Source: Geosiphon pyriformis uo1 (taxonomy: Eukaryota; Fungi; Glomeromycota). From it: 64,000 bases of DNA. Location: contig JAAOMT010000522.1 in assembly GCA_016748015.1 (NCBI GenBank), positions 1,374 to 65,373 on the forward strand. Reading direction: 5' to 3'. Below the pieces are notes generated by a model. That model saw only the letters and a program-made list of their open reading frames with translations, searched no databases and was not told the DNA's origin. Below, piece by piece: positions 12,708 to 24,238 of this stretch. The position numbers and the translations under genes were made by a program. Numbering within the stretch: the stretch's first letter is position 1; each line of letters begins with the position of its first letter.

Positions 12708-15700
12708 TTTAGTGCTTTTCTATGGAAATAACACAGCAATAACAATTTTAAAGTAATAACTACATTAGATACAACAATTTTAATGTATTATTAGTCAATT
12801 TACACTTATTATAAGCAAAGATTTAACATTCCAGACAGAATTGAAGTTTTTAAAAAATCATTATACCAATATATTGAAAATTGCATCAACAATTATTTTT
12901 TAGAAACTATAATATTTCAGAAGTCAGAAAAAGTCTCTATAAAAATTTAATACATTATTTTTGATTAGAAACTGAAAACTTTAACAGTAAAACACTTAAA
13001 ATTTATTTTAAAAAACTTAATTTCAACATTATTCAATATTGTGAAAAAAATACTCAGTATAATTTAAATATTTTTTTAACTTTGAATCAGAATCTAAAAA
13101 TAGCAATAAAAAAAAGCAGAAAAAAAAATACTGTAAGCTATTTATACTGTACATAATACATCAAAAAAAACTGCCAAATATCTATAAACACTTAAACAAA
13201 GAACCAGCATCAAATTACTATTTTTAATTACACTATTTCCAATTTTACTTGCTTAATCACAAACACCCAATTCATTATTAATTTAGTTTTCAAGACCAAA
13301 AGATTTTACTATATTGTAAAGTCTTATTTAACAACCAGAATCAATATTTACCAATACTAATCTTTTTGAATACCTAACCAAAAACCAAAATATTTATTCT
13401 AATAACAATAAAAACATTTTCAAAACCACAAAAAAAAACTACTAAAAACAAAAATACAAAAAACATAACAACTACTTAATTACAAAAATTACTGAATTCA
13501 CAAAAGAAGATGCTAACACTAGTTTACAAGAATGGCTCAACAAAGTTCAGAAAGCAGGAAATGTAAATGGATAGAATATAGCAAAAATGTTAAAAGCAAT
13601 TCTATACTTTCTTTAAAAAACAGCAGGAGAATAGTTTGAAAACTTGACTAAATTTTTTGAAAACTAACAAGCATTTAAAGATGCTTTCTTAGAATAATTT
13701 ACTAATAACAACACTTTTATTATTCTCTGAAACTGCTTTCATAATATCAAACAAGAATTATCTAAAACTGTCATGATCTATCTTGAAAAGTTCAATAAGC
13801 TTTTTTAACAAATTTAACAATTGAAAACCAATGACTATTACTTCAATGTCCAGATTTTGGATTAGTTTATTACAGAATTAAAAAACAAATTCATTAAAAA
13901 AGTTTGATCACATCCTTCAAAAAATCTAGCCACTGCTATTTAATATGCTAAGACTTATAAAATGGCAATAGAAAAAGCTAACTGCACCAAATTTGTGAAT
14001 CTTGCAATTGGAAAAATCAGCTCAACAATTAAAAAGAAAATTGACCAATTGACCAAAAAAGTTGAGAATTACTTCACTAATCAACAACAACAGCAACAAT
14101 AAATATATCAACTATTCCAATAATGCAATCAAAATAACTATACATTATTACAAAACAACCAATCTCAAAGCTATTATCATTGTGAAATTTCTAGACACTA
14201 GAAACAAAATTGCTAAAAAATGCAACAAGACAAACAACAAAAGAATAATTAATATTATTCTTAATCTCAACAATCTTATTACCAATTTTCATTACTAGTT
14301 TATTATTTATTAAGACCCCAATACCAAAATAATTACTATTAATTTGCTCTATAAATTATTTAACAGAAATATCAACAATTATCTACTTAGCAATATCAAA
14401 TACTTATTCAAAGATTGATCTAACAAAACCAATTCACACTACAAAATCAGTTTTTTAACAATAATTGATTCAATTCTAACAACAAATTAGTTTTTTAAAA
14501 TCCAGTTCAGCAAAAACTTGTATATTACTATATTCAATCTAGTTATCTTACAATATTAAAAAAATCGGATTTTTAACAAATTGCACTTTTTGAAAATAAA
14601 ATTATAGTACAAAGATCAAATTCTTTTAACAATACCATTTTATCAGCTTAAATAGCCCAAAATGCCAACTTTTCAATATATTTTATTCAAATTTGAAGCC
14701 AATAAATCTCTATTTTTACTTAGTAATACAGCAGTTAATAAACAAAAAGCAATTACAATAATGTATACAGAAGTTGAAGTTAAAAGAAAACCAATTTGAT
14801 TAATCTTAAACAGTAGATCTATTAAAAGTATTATTACTTACCAACTAATGCAACAGCTTCAACAAACTGTTAATAAATCTGCCCAAACAGTTATTGTTAC
14901 TGTAGATAATATAAAAAAAACTTCAGTAAAAAAAATTGACAATTTTCTTTTCACAATTAACAAAATCATTATTCCAATTAAAATTTTTGTCATGAATGTA
15001 CTCCAATATCAAGCTCTTGTCAGAAATAATTAACTCCTTAAAGCCAATGCAAACTTAAACTGAAAAACACAAAAATTAAAAATTTTATATTAAGAACAAT
15101 ATACCTAAGTACCTACTATATATAGTATATTTAACAAACAATTTGTGAAAGCCCTGGTGTTTGAATTTGAAGAAAAAAAAGAAATACCAATTACCAAAAC
15201 ATATATGGCTCTTAAATTAGCATCCAATTGGGCTGAAGAAACCAGAGAATAGAATATTGTTTAATATTCTACACCAGAACCATAGAAACAACTACTTTAT
15301 ATCTTACTTAAATGTAAAAACTATAACAAAAAGCTTTCATTAATGAAAACATGCATATTCTTAAAAAAAGAATATGAAATACACACCTGTTATTTTTGCA
15401 AAACATGTCATAAAGAATAATTTGAATATTTTAAACAAAGTAAAAAATGAAACAACATTTCTTGTTTTACATGTAAAAAAATACTATTAAAGAATACAAT
15501 TAAATTAATGTTACAATAAAAAAAAGAGTTTGTGATCAAATTTATTAATATGCACTTTCAATTACAGAAAAAGTAAAAAGAGAAATCTTTTTCAATGCAG
15601 TATATAACAATGCCTTTAATAAACTTTACTATTATTTACACAATGCTAAAATAATCTATAGTTTTAATTAATAAAGAAATCCAAAAAGATATATGCCAAA

Positions 15701-16025
15701 TGAAAGAAGCAGAATACATCAAATATACAATAAAATTAACTAAATTTAATTATAAAATGAAGTAAAAACTTATTATTAGATTACAAGTCATGTTTATCTG
15801 ACCAAAAAAGCTCAAATTCAATGATTAAAGCAAATAAACATTTAACTGTGTGAAGAATATACTATGTCTTATAATAACCAATAGTGTCTAAAATGCTATG
15901 CAATTAGCATTTTCTTGTTTAGCAAAAATGATAAATATAAAATCGAATTTGGAGTATCTGAACCAAAAAAAAATTACAACAATTCTGATTTATCTTATCA
16001 AAATCAGTCTGTTATACAATTTTAA

Positions 16026-16445
16026 TACTTTAATAACAATGAACAAAGAATAAAATTAGAAAAAATTCATAAAATAAATGCTAGATATAATCTATAATAT
16101 TCAGAAAAAGATATTTTGATCTTTCAACCAAAATCTCTGACAAAAATTAACTTAAAAATTGCTCTCAAAATTTTACTAGGAACAATGATTTAAATTGCTT
16201 TCCAATTATTATTGGCAAGCAAAGAAATCAACATTAGAAGAGGAATTATAAATATAGAATATATTAAAAATATTACAATTCTGTTACAAAACAAATTTGA
16301 TAAAACATTCAAAATTAAACATGCTAAAAAAATTGCTTAAGTAATTTACCTAGTTTTAATCAACATTTTAAGTTTACAAGAAGTCAACAACAGAGAACAA
16401 TTAGGAAAAAGAAAAAAAAACCCAAGATTTTGGTTTAATTAGACA
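16026..16445 (+). pseudogene. dut: Trimeric dUTPase domain within the gypsy B polyprotein, between protease and RT
   Basis: All five motifs appear in order and in decayed form: NARYNL (DAGYDL), FQLLLA (SRSSLA), RGIINIEYIK (GIIDxGYxG), KIA*VI (KIAQxI), and, after an A-run slip, QDFGLIR (xGFGSTG). Most differences are C>T/G>A changes. Confidence 0.88.
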
Positions 16446-18604
16446 ATTTACAGTTTCAATAAACACAGCTCTCAATGCACAAAATAAATCTCATCAGATT
16501 CTTTGACTTCCACAACCAATTATCATATTACATTTTGGAGAACATCACAAAATCAATACTTGTTCAAAGTCTATTACTACTCAACAAATTTTCAAATCAA
16601 ATAAACAAATTTGTTTAAAGCACAAAATTTTAATCTTAAACATTTATATTCCAAAAAAAATGAAAAAATTTCAAGTTATATTCTATAATTTCAACAATTA
16701 TTCCATCAGTTTAATGAATAAATTAGGAATTAAAATTATATATAGCAATATTTTCTAAGATGAAACTTTTTAGTTTGTCTTTAATTTTATCGAAATTATA
16801 AGATATATTCTATTTCTAAATCCAAACATCACTTCTAATATTGAAAACTACTACATTTTAGAAGAAAAACTCTCTTAAATTAACATAAATTTTTTAAAAC
16901 TCTAACAACAAAGACAATTAAACAGTTAATAGTCAACTATGCTAATATATTTGTCAAAGATAATAACAATCTTAAAAAAACTAATATTGTATACCATCAG
17001 ATCTATACAAAAAATGTTTTACTAAAATATTAAAAAATCTATTAAGTTTTACCTACTAATCACCAATTTATTAGAGAAGAAGTCCAATAATTGTTCAACA
17101 ATAGTCTTATTTAACCATCAAGAAGCTCTTGGACTTCATCAGTAGTTCTTGTAAAAAAGAAAAATGGCAAAATCAAATTTTGTGTAGACTATTAACAACT
17201 AAATAGTGTCATAATTAGAGATACTATTTATTACCAAGAATTAACAATATGCTAAATACTATAAAAAAAGCCAAGTTTTTTTTAATCTTAAACTTGAAAA
17301 ATGGGTACTGGCAAGTTAAAATATATCTTAAAGACCATCTTAAAATAGCATTTACTACCCAAAAAAAATTTCTAAGTTCAACATAATATCTTTTGAACTC
17401 TGTAATGTATTAACAACATTTTAAAGACTTATGGATATTGTTTATAAGGCAATTAATAGTCGTTTACTTGGATAATACTAATGTATACTTTCTAAGCTTT
17501 GAAGTCTATTTGATTTACTTGTGAAAAGTTTTTAACAATTATAAAAAGCAAAATTAAAATTAAACATCAAAAAATGTCATTTTGAAAAAACAAGTTTAAT
17601 CTTCTTTAGACATATTGTCAGCAAAAATAAAATCTAATTTAACCCAAGAACAATTAGTGCTGTTAAGAATTTTAAAGTTCTTTGAAATATAACAGAACTA
17701 AAAAAATTTGTAGAATTAGTTTTTATTATCAAAAGTTCATTAAAAATTTTTTCGAAATCACTAAACCACTCAACCATCTGATCAACAAAAATATAAAATA
17801 TTAATAAATACAAGCTCAACAATAATTATTTAATACTCTTAAAGAAAAACTTATTACAGTCTCAATTTTTGCATATTTAGATTTCAGCAAAAAGTTTCAA
17901 TTAGCTACTGATGCTTTACAGATAGCTTTTAGTGCCATTCTATTACAATTAAATAACAATAGCAATAAGCAAGTAATTGTTTATATCAGTAAAACTTTCA
18001 AACCAACTGAATTAAAATATGGATTTATTAAATTAAAAGCAGCAGCCATTATTTGGGCTTTGAAATACTTTTAACAATATCTCCAAAATAAGCCACAATT
18101 TGACATTATCACAGATAACATTAATCTCAAATGGCTTAACAAGAAAAGCTCTAAACTTAGTGCTAAACAATTCTAATAATTTAATTTTTTAGCAGACTAC
18201 AAATACATTGTATACTATAAACTAAGCAAATTATATACAAATATAGATAGTCTTTTCAGAATAAAATAAGATTAGATTCAACATTAACAAACCACCAACT
18301 CAACAATAATTAACAAACAAAAATAAATTCCAAAAACTACAACAATATTAAAAACTATTTGAAGATTTTCAAATACCAAAAAATTGGTTTTTAACTAAAA
18401 AACACTAATTACAACAACAATTTAAACAATACTTTCTGTATTACAACAAAATCTATTATTAAAACTGCTAAAACCCAACAAATCTATTTAGATTAGTCCA
18501 ACAAAATAAAATAATAATAATAGTATACAACATATATACAGATTCTTTATTAAAACATTTAGAAAGAAACAGCACAATACAAAGAATACTAGAACATTAT
18601 TTTT

Positions 18605-19511
18605 TTAATGTGTCTTTATTTCCATCTCACATAATTTTATCTCTTTCTCTTTCCATTTATTGTCATATTCTAATTTTTTCTTCTGTAACTGTAAATCCTT
18701 TTCACAATATTCTTTTCCCAAGATTAAATGTTCTTGAAAATCTTTTTGTGTTTGCTCAGTTGCTAATATGAGTTGTGTAATTAACTTGATTATTATCTGA
18801 TCTTTTATGATAGTGGTTTGGATAAAATCAGCTTTGGGTTTACTTTGATGATATTTTCTGATGCCTGAATTACCACTTTTTTTCTCTATATCTTTTTCTT
18901 CATCTCCTTCTTTATTAACAGTATTGGTTATAGAAAATGTGTCATAATTGGAAGTTTTTTATATCATTCTTTTCATTGCACTTTAACAAATTATTTCTGC
19001 TTCATTTTCATTTTTTTCAATTTAATAAAAATATTCTTTTAATATTTATACATTAATTAGAATAAAACTCACAAAACTCAGATTAAAAACCAATTACAGA
19101 CTTATTAAAATTCTAAGAAAAGAATAATACTTACCTTTTTTTTTATTTTGTTCAATTTTAAAATTATGAGCTTCTTGTGAATCATCTCATTGTTGCACCA
19201 ATTTAGTAAGAAGAATCTCCTGTTCCTTATATTTTTTCTTAATACCAGATGTACAAAGAAATTCTTGCTTATCTGACTTCTATGTTGTAATAAGTTTCTC
19301 AAATTTGTTCTGCATACACTTATGATCAATTACACATTCCCTAACAGCAGCATTAAAACTATTTGCAACCTTAGTTTAGACAGCTTTAATCTGATCATAT
19401 AAAGCAGTGAAAGACAGGTAAAATTGAATCTTCTTGAACAAAATAATATTTTTTCCAGGATTCCAACAATATTGTTTCTTACATTGTTTTTAGGTGAACG
19501 TAGATACACAT
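18605..19511 (-). pseudogene. Myb/SANT-like (trihelix) DNA-binding protein with a coiled-coil tail, PIF/Harbinger ORF1 type; one intron
   Basis: Manual translation gives 'KIQFYLSFTALYDQIKAV*TKVANSF...IDHKCMQNKFEKLITT*KSDKQEFLCTSGIKKKYKEQEILL', resembling the PFxAxHG..W..VA...F..L....LRASGxxEE pattern. GTAAGT donor at 19134, then 'EAEIIC*SAMKRM' and a K/E-rich tail ending in TAA at 18605-18607. Confidence 0.72.
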
Positions 19512-21049
19512 ATAATATAAGAATTTTCCTTGTAATTTGCTTAATAAGATGGGTTTTTCTATATTCAGAACTCTAAAAAAATGTTTTATAAAATATGTTA
19601 TTAATGTATTCTTGAAATAATTTGACTAGATTTAATAGATCTTTGTATGGTATTTTAAAAGTATTCATAAAAGTCTAATTTTGTTGGTGAAGCACAGTCA
19701 CAGTGAGTTTTGTCTTTCTGTGTATCTTTTGCTAAAAATGCATGGCAACAGAAGAAAAAACACCAATTAGTCAATATCACAAATGATACTATGACCCCAA
19801 TACATATTATAATGTATTTAAACTATTCTCTCTTCATTGCTTCTCTATTAACTCATAGCATTTCTTGTAACCCATACTATTTTTTGTCTTTATTAAAATA
19901 AGTTTACATATAACCTAGCTCTGCTATGTTTTAGCTTTGTTTACAAAACTTAATATTAAAACAAATCACTTTTACACTCAATACACATTAATAAAAATAG
20001 ATTGAACAAATAAACTTATCAGAAAAAGACTTAGCTATAAAACACATCAGCAACAAAAAAAGAAAAAAAAGAAGATAGCAATAGTTAATTAATATTATAA
20101 GAGTATATTAAATGTTAAATATATAAAAAAGCATATAAATAATAGATAATAAAATAAATAGGAAAACTTAAAGGCTAATATTAAGTCAAAATGTTTTATT
20201 ATTGAGTTAAATGCAAAGCAATTTTGAAAGCAAAAAACAGAAGTGAATAAGTACAAATTAGTCAAATAAACAAAAAATAATGATAATAGGATAGATAAGA
20301 AAGTAATTTTTACAACTTTTTTATCCTATTCTATTTCCCAACACCTAAATTATTCAGTGCTTTCAGTTAGATCATTAAAAATATATCTTGTTTAAATCTA
20401 AAGAGAGCTTAAAATGCCTCATGCAATTCTGCAAACATTTTTTTTGGAATTATTTTTAAGCAACTGCATATATAAGTATTCTTATATATAAATTTTATCA
20501 CTTTTATAACAGTAATCTGCATATTTGTTCAAACAAAGACATCAATTTCAAGTTAATTTGAGACTAAACTATTTTACTGTAGTTTCTGTTGATTGTTAAG
20601 TCTAAAATAAATTATGTTTGATTGAAACTTATATTTACTACTATGGTTTCTGTTATAAAATTACTTTAAGTGAAATATTAACAACAAGTTTTAAAGAAAA
20701 CTATTTGTCATTTGATCTAAAAAAATGGCAAAATAAAATAAAATGCATTAAATCACAAATGTTGTAGCAGTGTGATTCTATTTATTATCTTATTCAAAAT
20801 ACATAAGAATTACAATGAAATTCAATAAAATAACTATTTTTATTCTAGTAATGATCAACTCAAATTCTATGACCACATTAATCTTATTGAAAATGACCAA
20901 ACATAAACTTATCTCTTTTTTTTGTTACTATATTACCAGTATTACAACTAATATAAAAGCATGATAATATTTGATTACATACTTAGTTACATAAAACAGT
21001 TTTTGTAGTCACATCTTTTATACTATTATCAGATTCCTGGGAACTAACA

Positions 21050-22677
21050 GGACAACTTCTAATGCCTTAAGAGCTTTTGAACTTTGCTGTTTCATTATTT
21101 TGTGCTTATTTAATAGGGTACCAACAATGGTCAATCCAATAATGAAGCACATTTTTCTTTCATAATATCCATGACAAACCAATTTCGGAATATATTGTCT
21201 CTGGATATCAGCAAGACTTTTATAAATCTCTACTTTTTTTTGCATTATTTTCAGAACATATAGTAGTGTTTTTGCCAAGTCAACAGTTTTTAAAGCAATT
21301 GTTTCACCACAAAATTTGCATAAGAGCATTTTACTACTTTGGTCTTAACCTAATATATCCATAAACTTAAAGTCTGTAAAAGCAAAATTATGTAGCTTGT
21401 CAAAAGTATTGAGTAATTGTTAATATGTGAATATGTTAGTAGTTAATTGTTGATTTGCTAATTGGGTAGAAGATAATTTTGACTGTGATTGAAGAACACA
21501 TAAATTATTATTTCCATGAGTTGGTACTAACACCCGATATAGATTAAGGAATTCAAAATTATTCTTTGCTTGTCAAGTTAAATAAGTATACATCTTAAGC
21601 ACTAGTGGGGATTTTGATTGTAGTAAAAAAGTTTCTGAGATCCAGAGCATTGTGTGCTCTCAATGTAGAAACCAGTAATTATTGTAGGTAATTACAATAC
21701 CATATCTATGCTCATTTGCTTCCATATAATTGTAGATTTGTTAAACCACTATTTTTGCCTTGTCATTATCCTGATAAAACTCAGAAAATGTTTTTTCACC
21801 AATATTTTTTAACATATGCTTTCTTTTAATTTCGATCATTAAAATTAATAATTTTCTAAGAAAACAATTAAAGTCTGGTATACTAGGAGTATAGGTTTAA
21901 AGTCTTGTAAACTTATAACTTTTTAATAACATAAATCTATTTACTACTGTACAAATGTTAAAATTCAAGGCATCATGAACATCTTTTTCATTAGTCATCT
22001 CTCTATCTTTAGCAAATTGTGATTTCTCGAATCTTGGTTGTTAATTGAAGCAGAATTGGTTCATTTCCTTAAGAAAGTCATCCCAAAACAGTACACTTGT
22101 CAATGGGTTACTATTGACTTTTATAGTGGTCTTCAATATAACACCTGTTAAAGAATATGTTATAGGTAATAATATAGATGACAGTGCATTTTCCAAGCTG
22201 ATTTTAACTAAAAAAGTAACTCCAGTTAATAATAAATCTACAATATAAAAAATCACATTATCATGTCTATTTTATTCTATGTATACACTACTCTATATTC
22301 TCAAAGAAAATATTTTTTTATTCTACTCTATTTCTCAATGCCAAAGTCACAAAGTTATTACCTGTATTATCTGTTGCTGTATGTAGTTTTTCTGCCCATT
22401 TTTGTAGCTCCTCTTTCCACTTATTTTTCTCTATTTCCAGTTTTTTCTTTACTTCTTTTAACTTTTCTTTTTGTTTTTTTAGCTTTTATATATCTTCTAT
22501 TTATCAATTTTTTTCATTTTCATTCTTGTACTTCTTCTGTCTCAAATTTTTCTTCAAGTTATATAACTTAACTTTCTTTTTACTCAGCTTCTTATCTTTT
22601 TTCTCCAGCTTTTCTATGCATTTTTTATACTGGGTTTTTACGTATTCTAATTTATATTTAATATTTTCAATACTCAT
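21050..22677 (-). pseudogene. Crinkler-like protein: coiled-coil, PD-(D/E)xK nuclease-like domain and protein kinase; 3'-truncated
   Basis: Exon 1 is a K/E-rich coiled coil (ATG 22677). GT-AG intron at about 22361-22238. Then 'PDFNCF..LLILMIEIK', 'QIYNYM..YGIVITYNNYWFL', and a kinase N-lobe 'ILG*DQSSK..TIALK..VEIY..IPKLVCHG'. Breaks off before the catalytic loop. Confidence 0.8.
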
Positions 22678-24238
22678 TATGTTTTTTTGCATGTTTGTTA
22701 TGATTTGGGAAGATATGGCCTAATATATGTTTAGTTTGTGTTAGATCTTTGATTTATCAGTATAAATTTACTATTTAAGTACAAACTTATCTTTGTTAAA
22801 TTATAATAATAATCAGAGTTTTTACCTTTTGTCATATGCCTATATAATATAATTGTTTATTTAATAATTATTGTATTTTACAATATTTATTAATTGATAA
22901 TTCACTAGTTAAGAATATAAAATGATTAATATTTAAATAGAAAAATGTAACAACTATTTAATTAGTAAAAAATTTTCAAGTATAAATGTCAATTTTGGTT
23001 CTTACAACTACTATTAAACATACAAAACTTATTTTTAAAAACTATTCTTTTGTTTACAAAGAATATAATATTACCTAATTTACACTATAAAATACAAAAA
23101 TCTCAACGATTTAAAAATGGATATCACAATATAACAAATTGTTTTTGGCACAGACAATAAGAACAGCATTGCAGTTCAATTCAAATAAAAGCTTTTTAAT
23201 AATAATTAAAATTAAAAATAAGCAATATAAAAGTGAATTAAAGTAATAAGTTAAGTTTTTTACATGTTTTTGGACTTAAAAAGTTAATTTTACAATAAAA
23301 ACCAATAAATTTATCTTCAAAATTAAAAGTTTAATTCTTATATTTGAAATTATAAATATTATTTTATGTTAAATAAAGCTTTTGTTAAAAAAGTAACTAC
23401 ATTCTGAATTTTGTAAAAGTAGTCACTTAAGATTTTAGATTGTCAAATAATGTGATTTTTATATATATATAACTAGATATATAACCAAATTATCTTTAAA
23501 TATAACAAAACTATTTTGGTTTTATGTATTATTGATCTGTATTATGCAGTATTAATAGATTAATTATCATTTTTAGATAAATTATCAATTAAATTATTTT
23601 TGTTTTAAATTAATATTATTATTGTTTTATATATTTTAATATTAAATTAAATTTATTTTATTATTTTAAAATTGGAAAAAATTAAACTAATATTAAATAT
23701 ATTTCTATTATTATTTTATATATATATATAACTTTATATTAATTTAAACTTATTAAATAAAAGTTTATTTATTTTAATTTGTAAATAAAACAAATTTAAT
23801 AATGGTATTTTTAAGTAAAATATAATTTAATTAAACTTAAAATATGCAACAAAAATATTACTTACATATTTTTTATAAATAATTAGTAATTTAAACTTAT
23901 ATTAAGCTATATAAATTAAAAAATTATTTGTTTTTATTTTATTTTAAATATTTTTTTATTTTTTATTTTAAACATATTTATATATTTAAGTTTTAAATTC
24001 TTTAGAAAAATTAAACAGTTATAATTTTAAGATTAATTAAGTAAATTAATTTTTACAAATTTAATTTATTTTTAATTTAATTTATTTTTTTTGTTATTTA
24101 TTTATTTATTTTTTTTATTAGCTTAATGAGTAAGGTTCAAACACTACCTAATACTATATATCAAAAAAATGATCTAAACTAAGTGTGAATCATGCATTTT
24201 TTACATGTGACCAGCTATTCAGGTTGATCAGAACTATA

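Larger units (their letters stand above)
11757..18606 (+). mobile_element. Ty3/gypsy family B with dUTPase; 3'-truncated within the integrase N-terminus
   Basis: LTR 11757-12707 (tgttacc...agtaata), PBS, gag 'LQEWLNKVQKAGNVNG*' near 13525, protease 'LILNSRSIKSII' near 14800, RT 'KIKFCVDY' near 17170, 'GYWQV' near 17303 and 'VYLDN' near 17462, RNase H 'DIITDN' near 18105, integrase N-terminus 'NSTIQRILEHYF' near 18570. Confidence 0.9.

Noticed and set aside
20923-21049. Possible 127-bp solo LTR (tgttacta...aactaaca) at the point where the kinase breaks off
   Set aside because: TG..CA ends are present, but there is no TSD, PBS, PPT or second copy in the window, so it cannot be supported.
22263-22723. 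Hydrophobic plus-strand ORFs resembling membrane proteins
   Set aside because: Antisense of a K/E-rich coiled-coil exon; the F/L richness is compositional.
23385-23480. Possible Helitron 3' end (...atataactag)
   Set aside because: No convincing GC-rich hairpin, CTAG is followed by A rather than T, and no Rep/Hel remnant was recognised.
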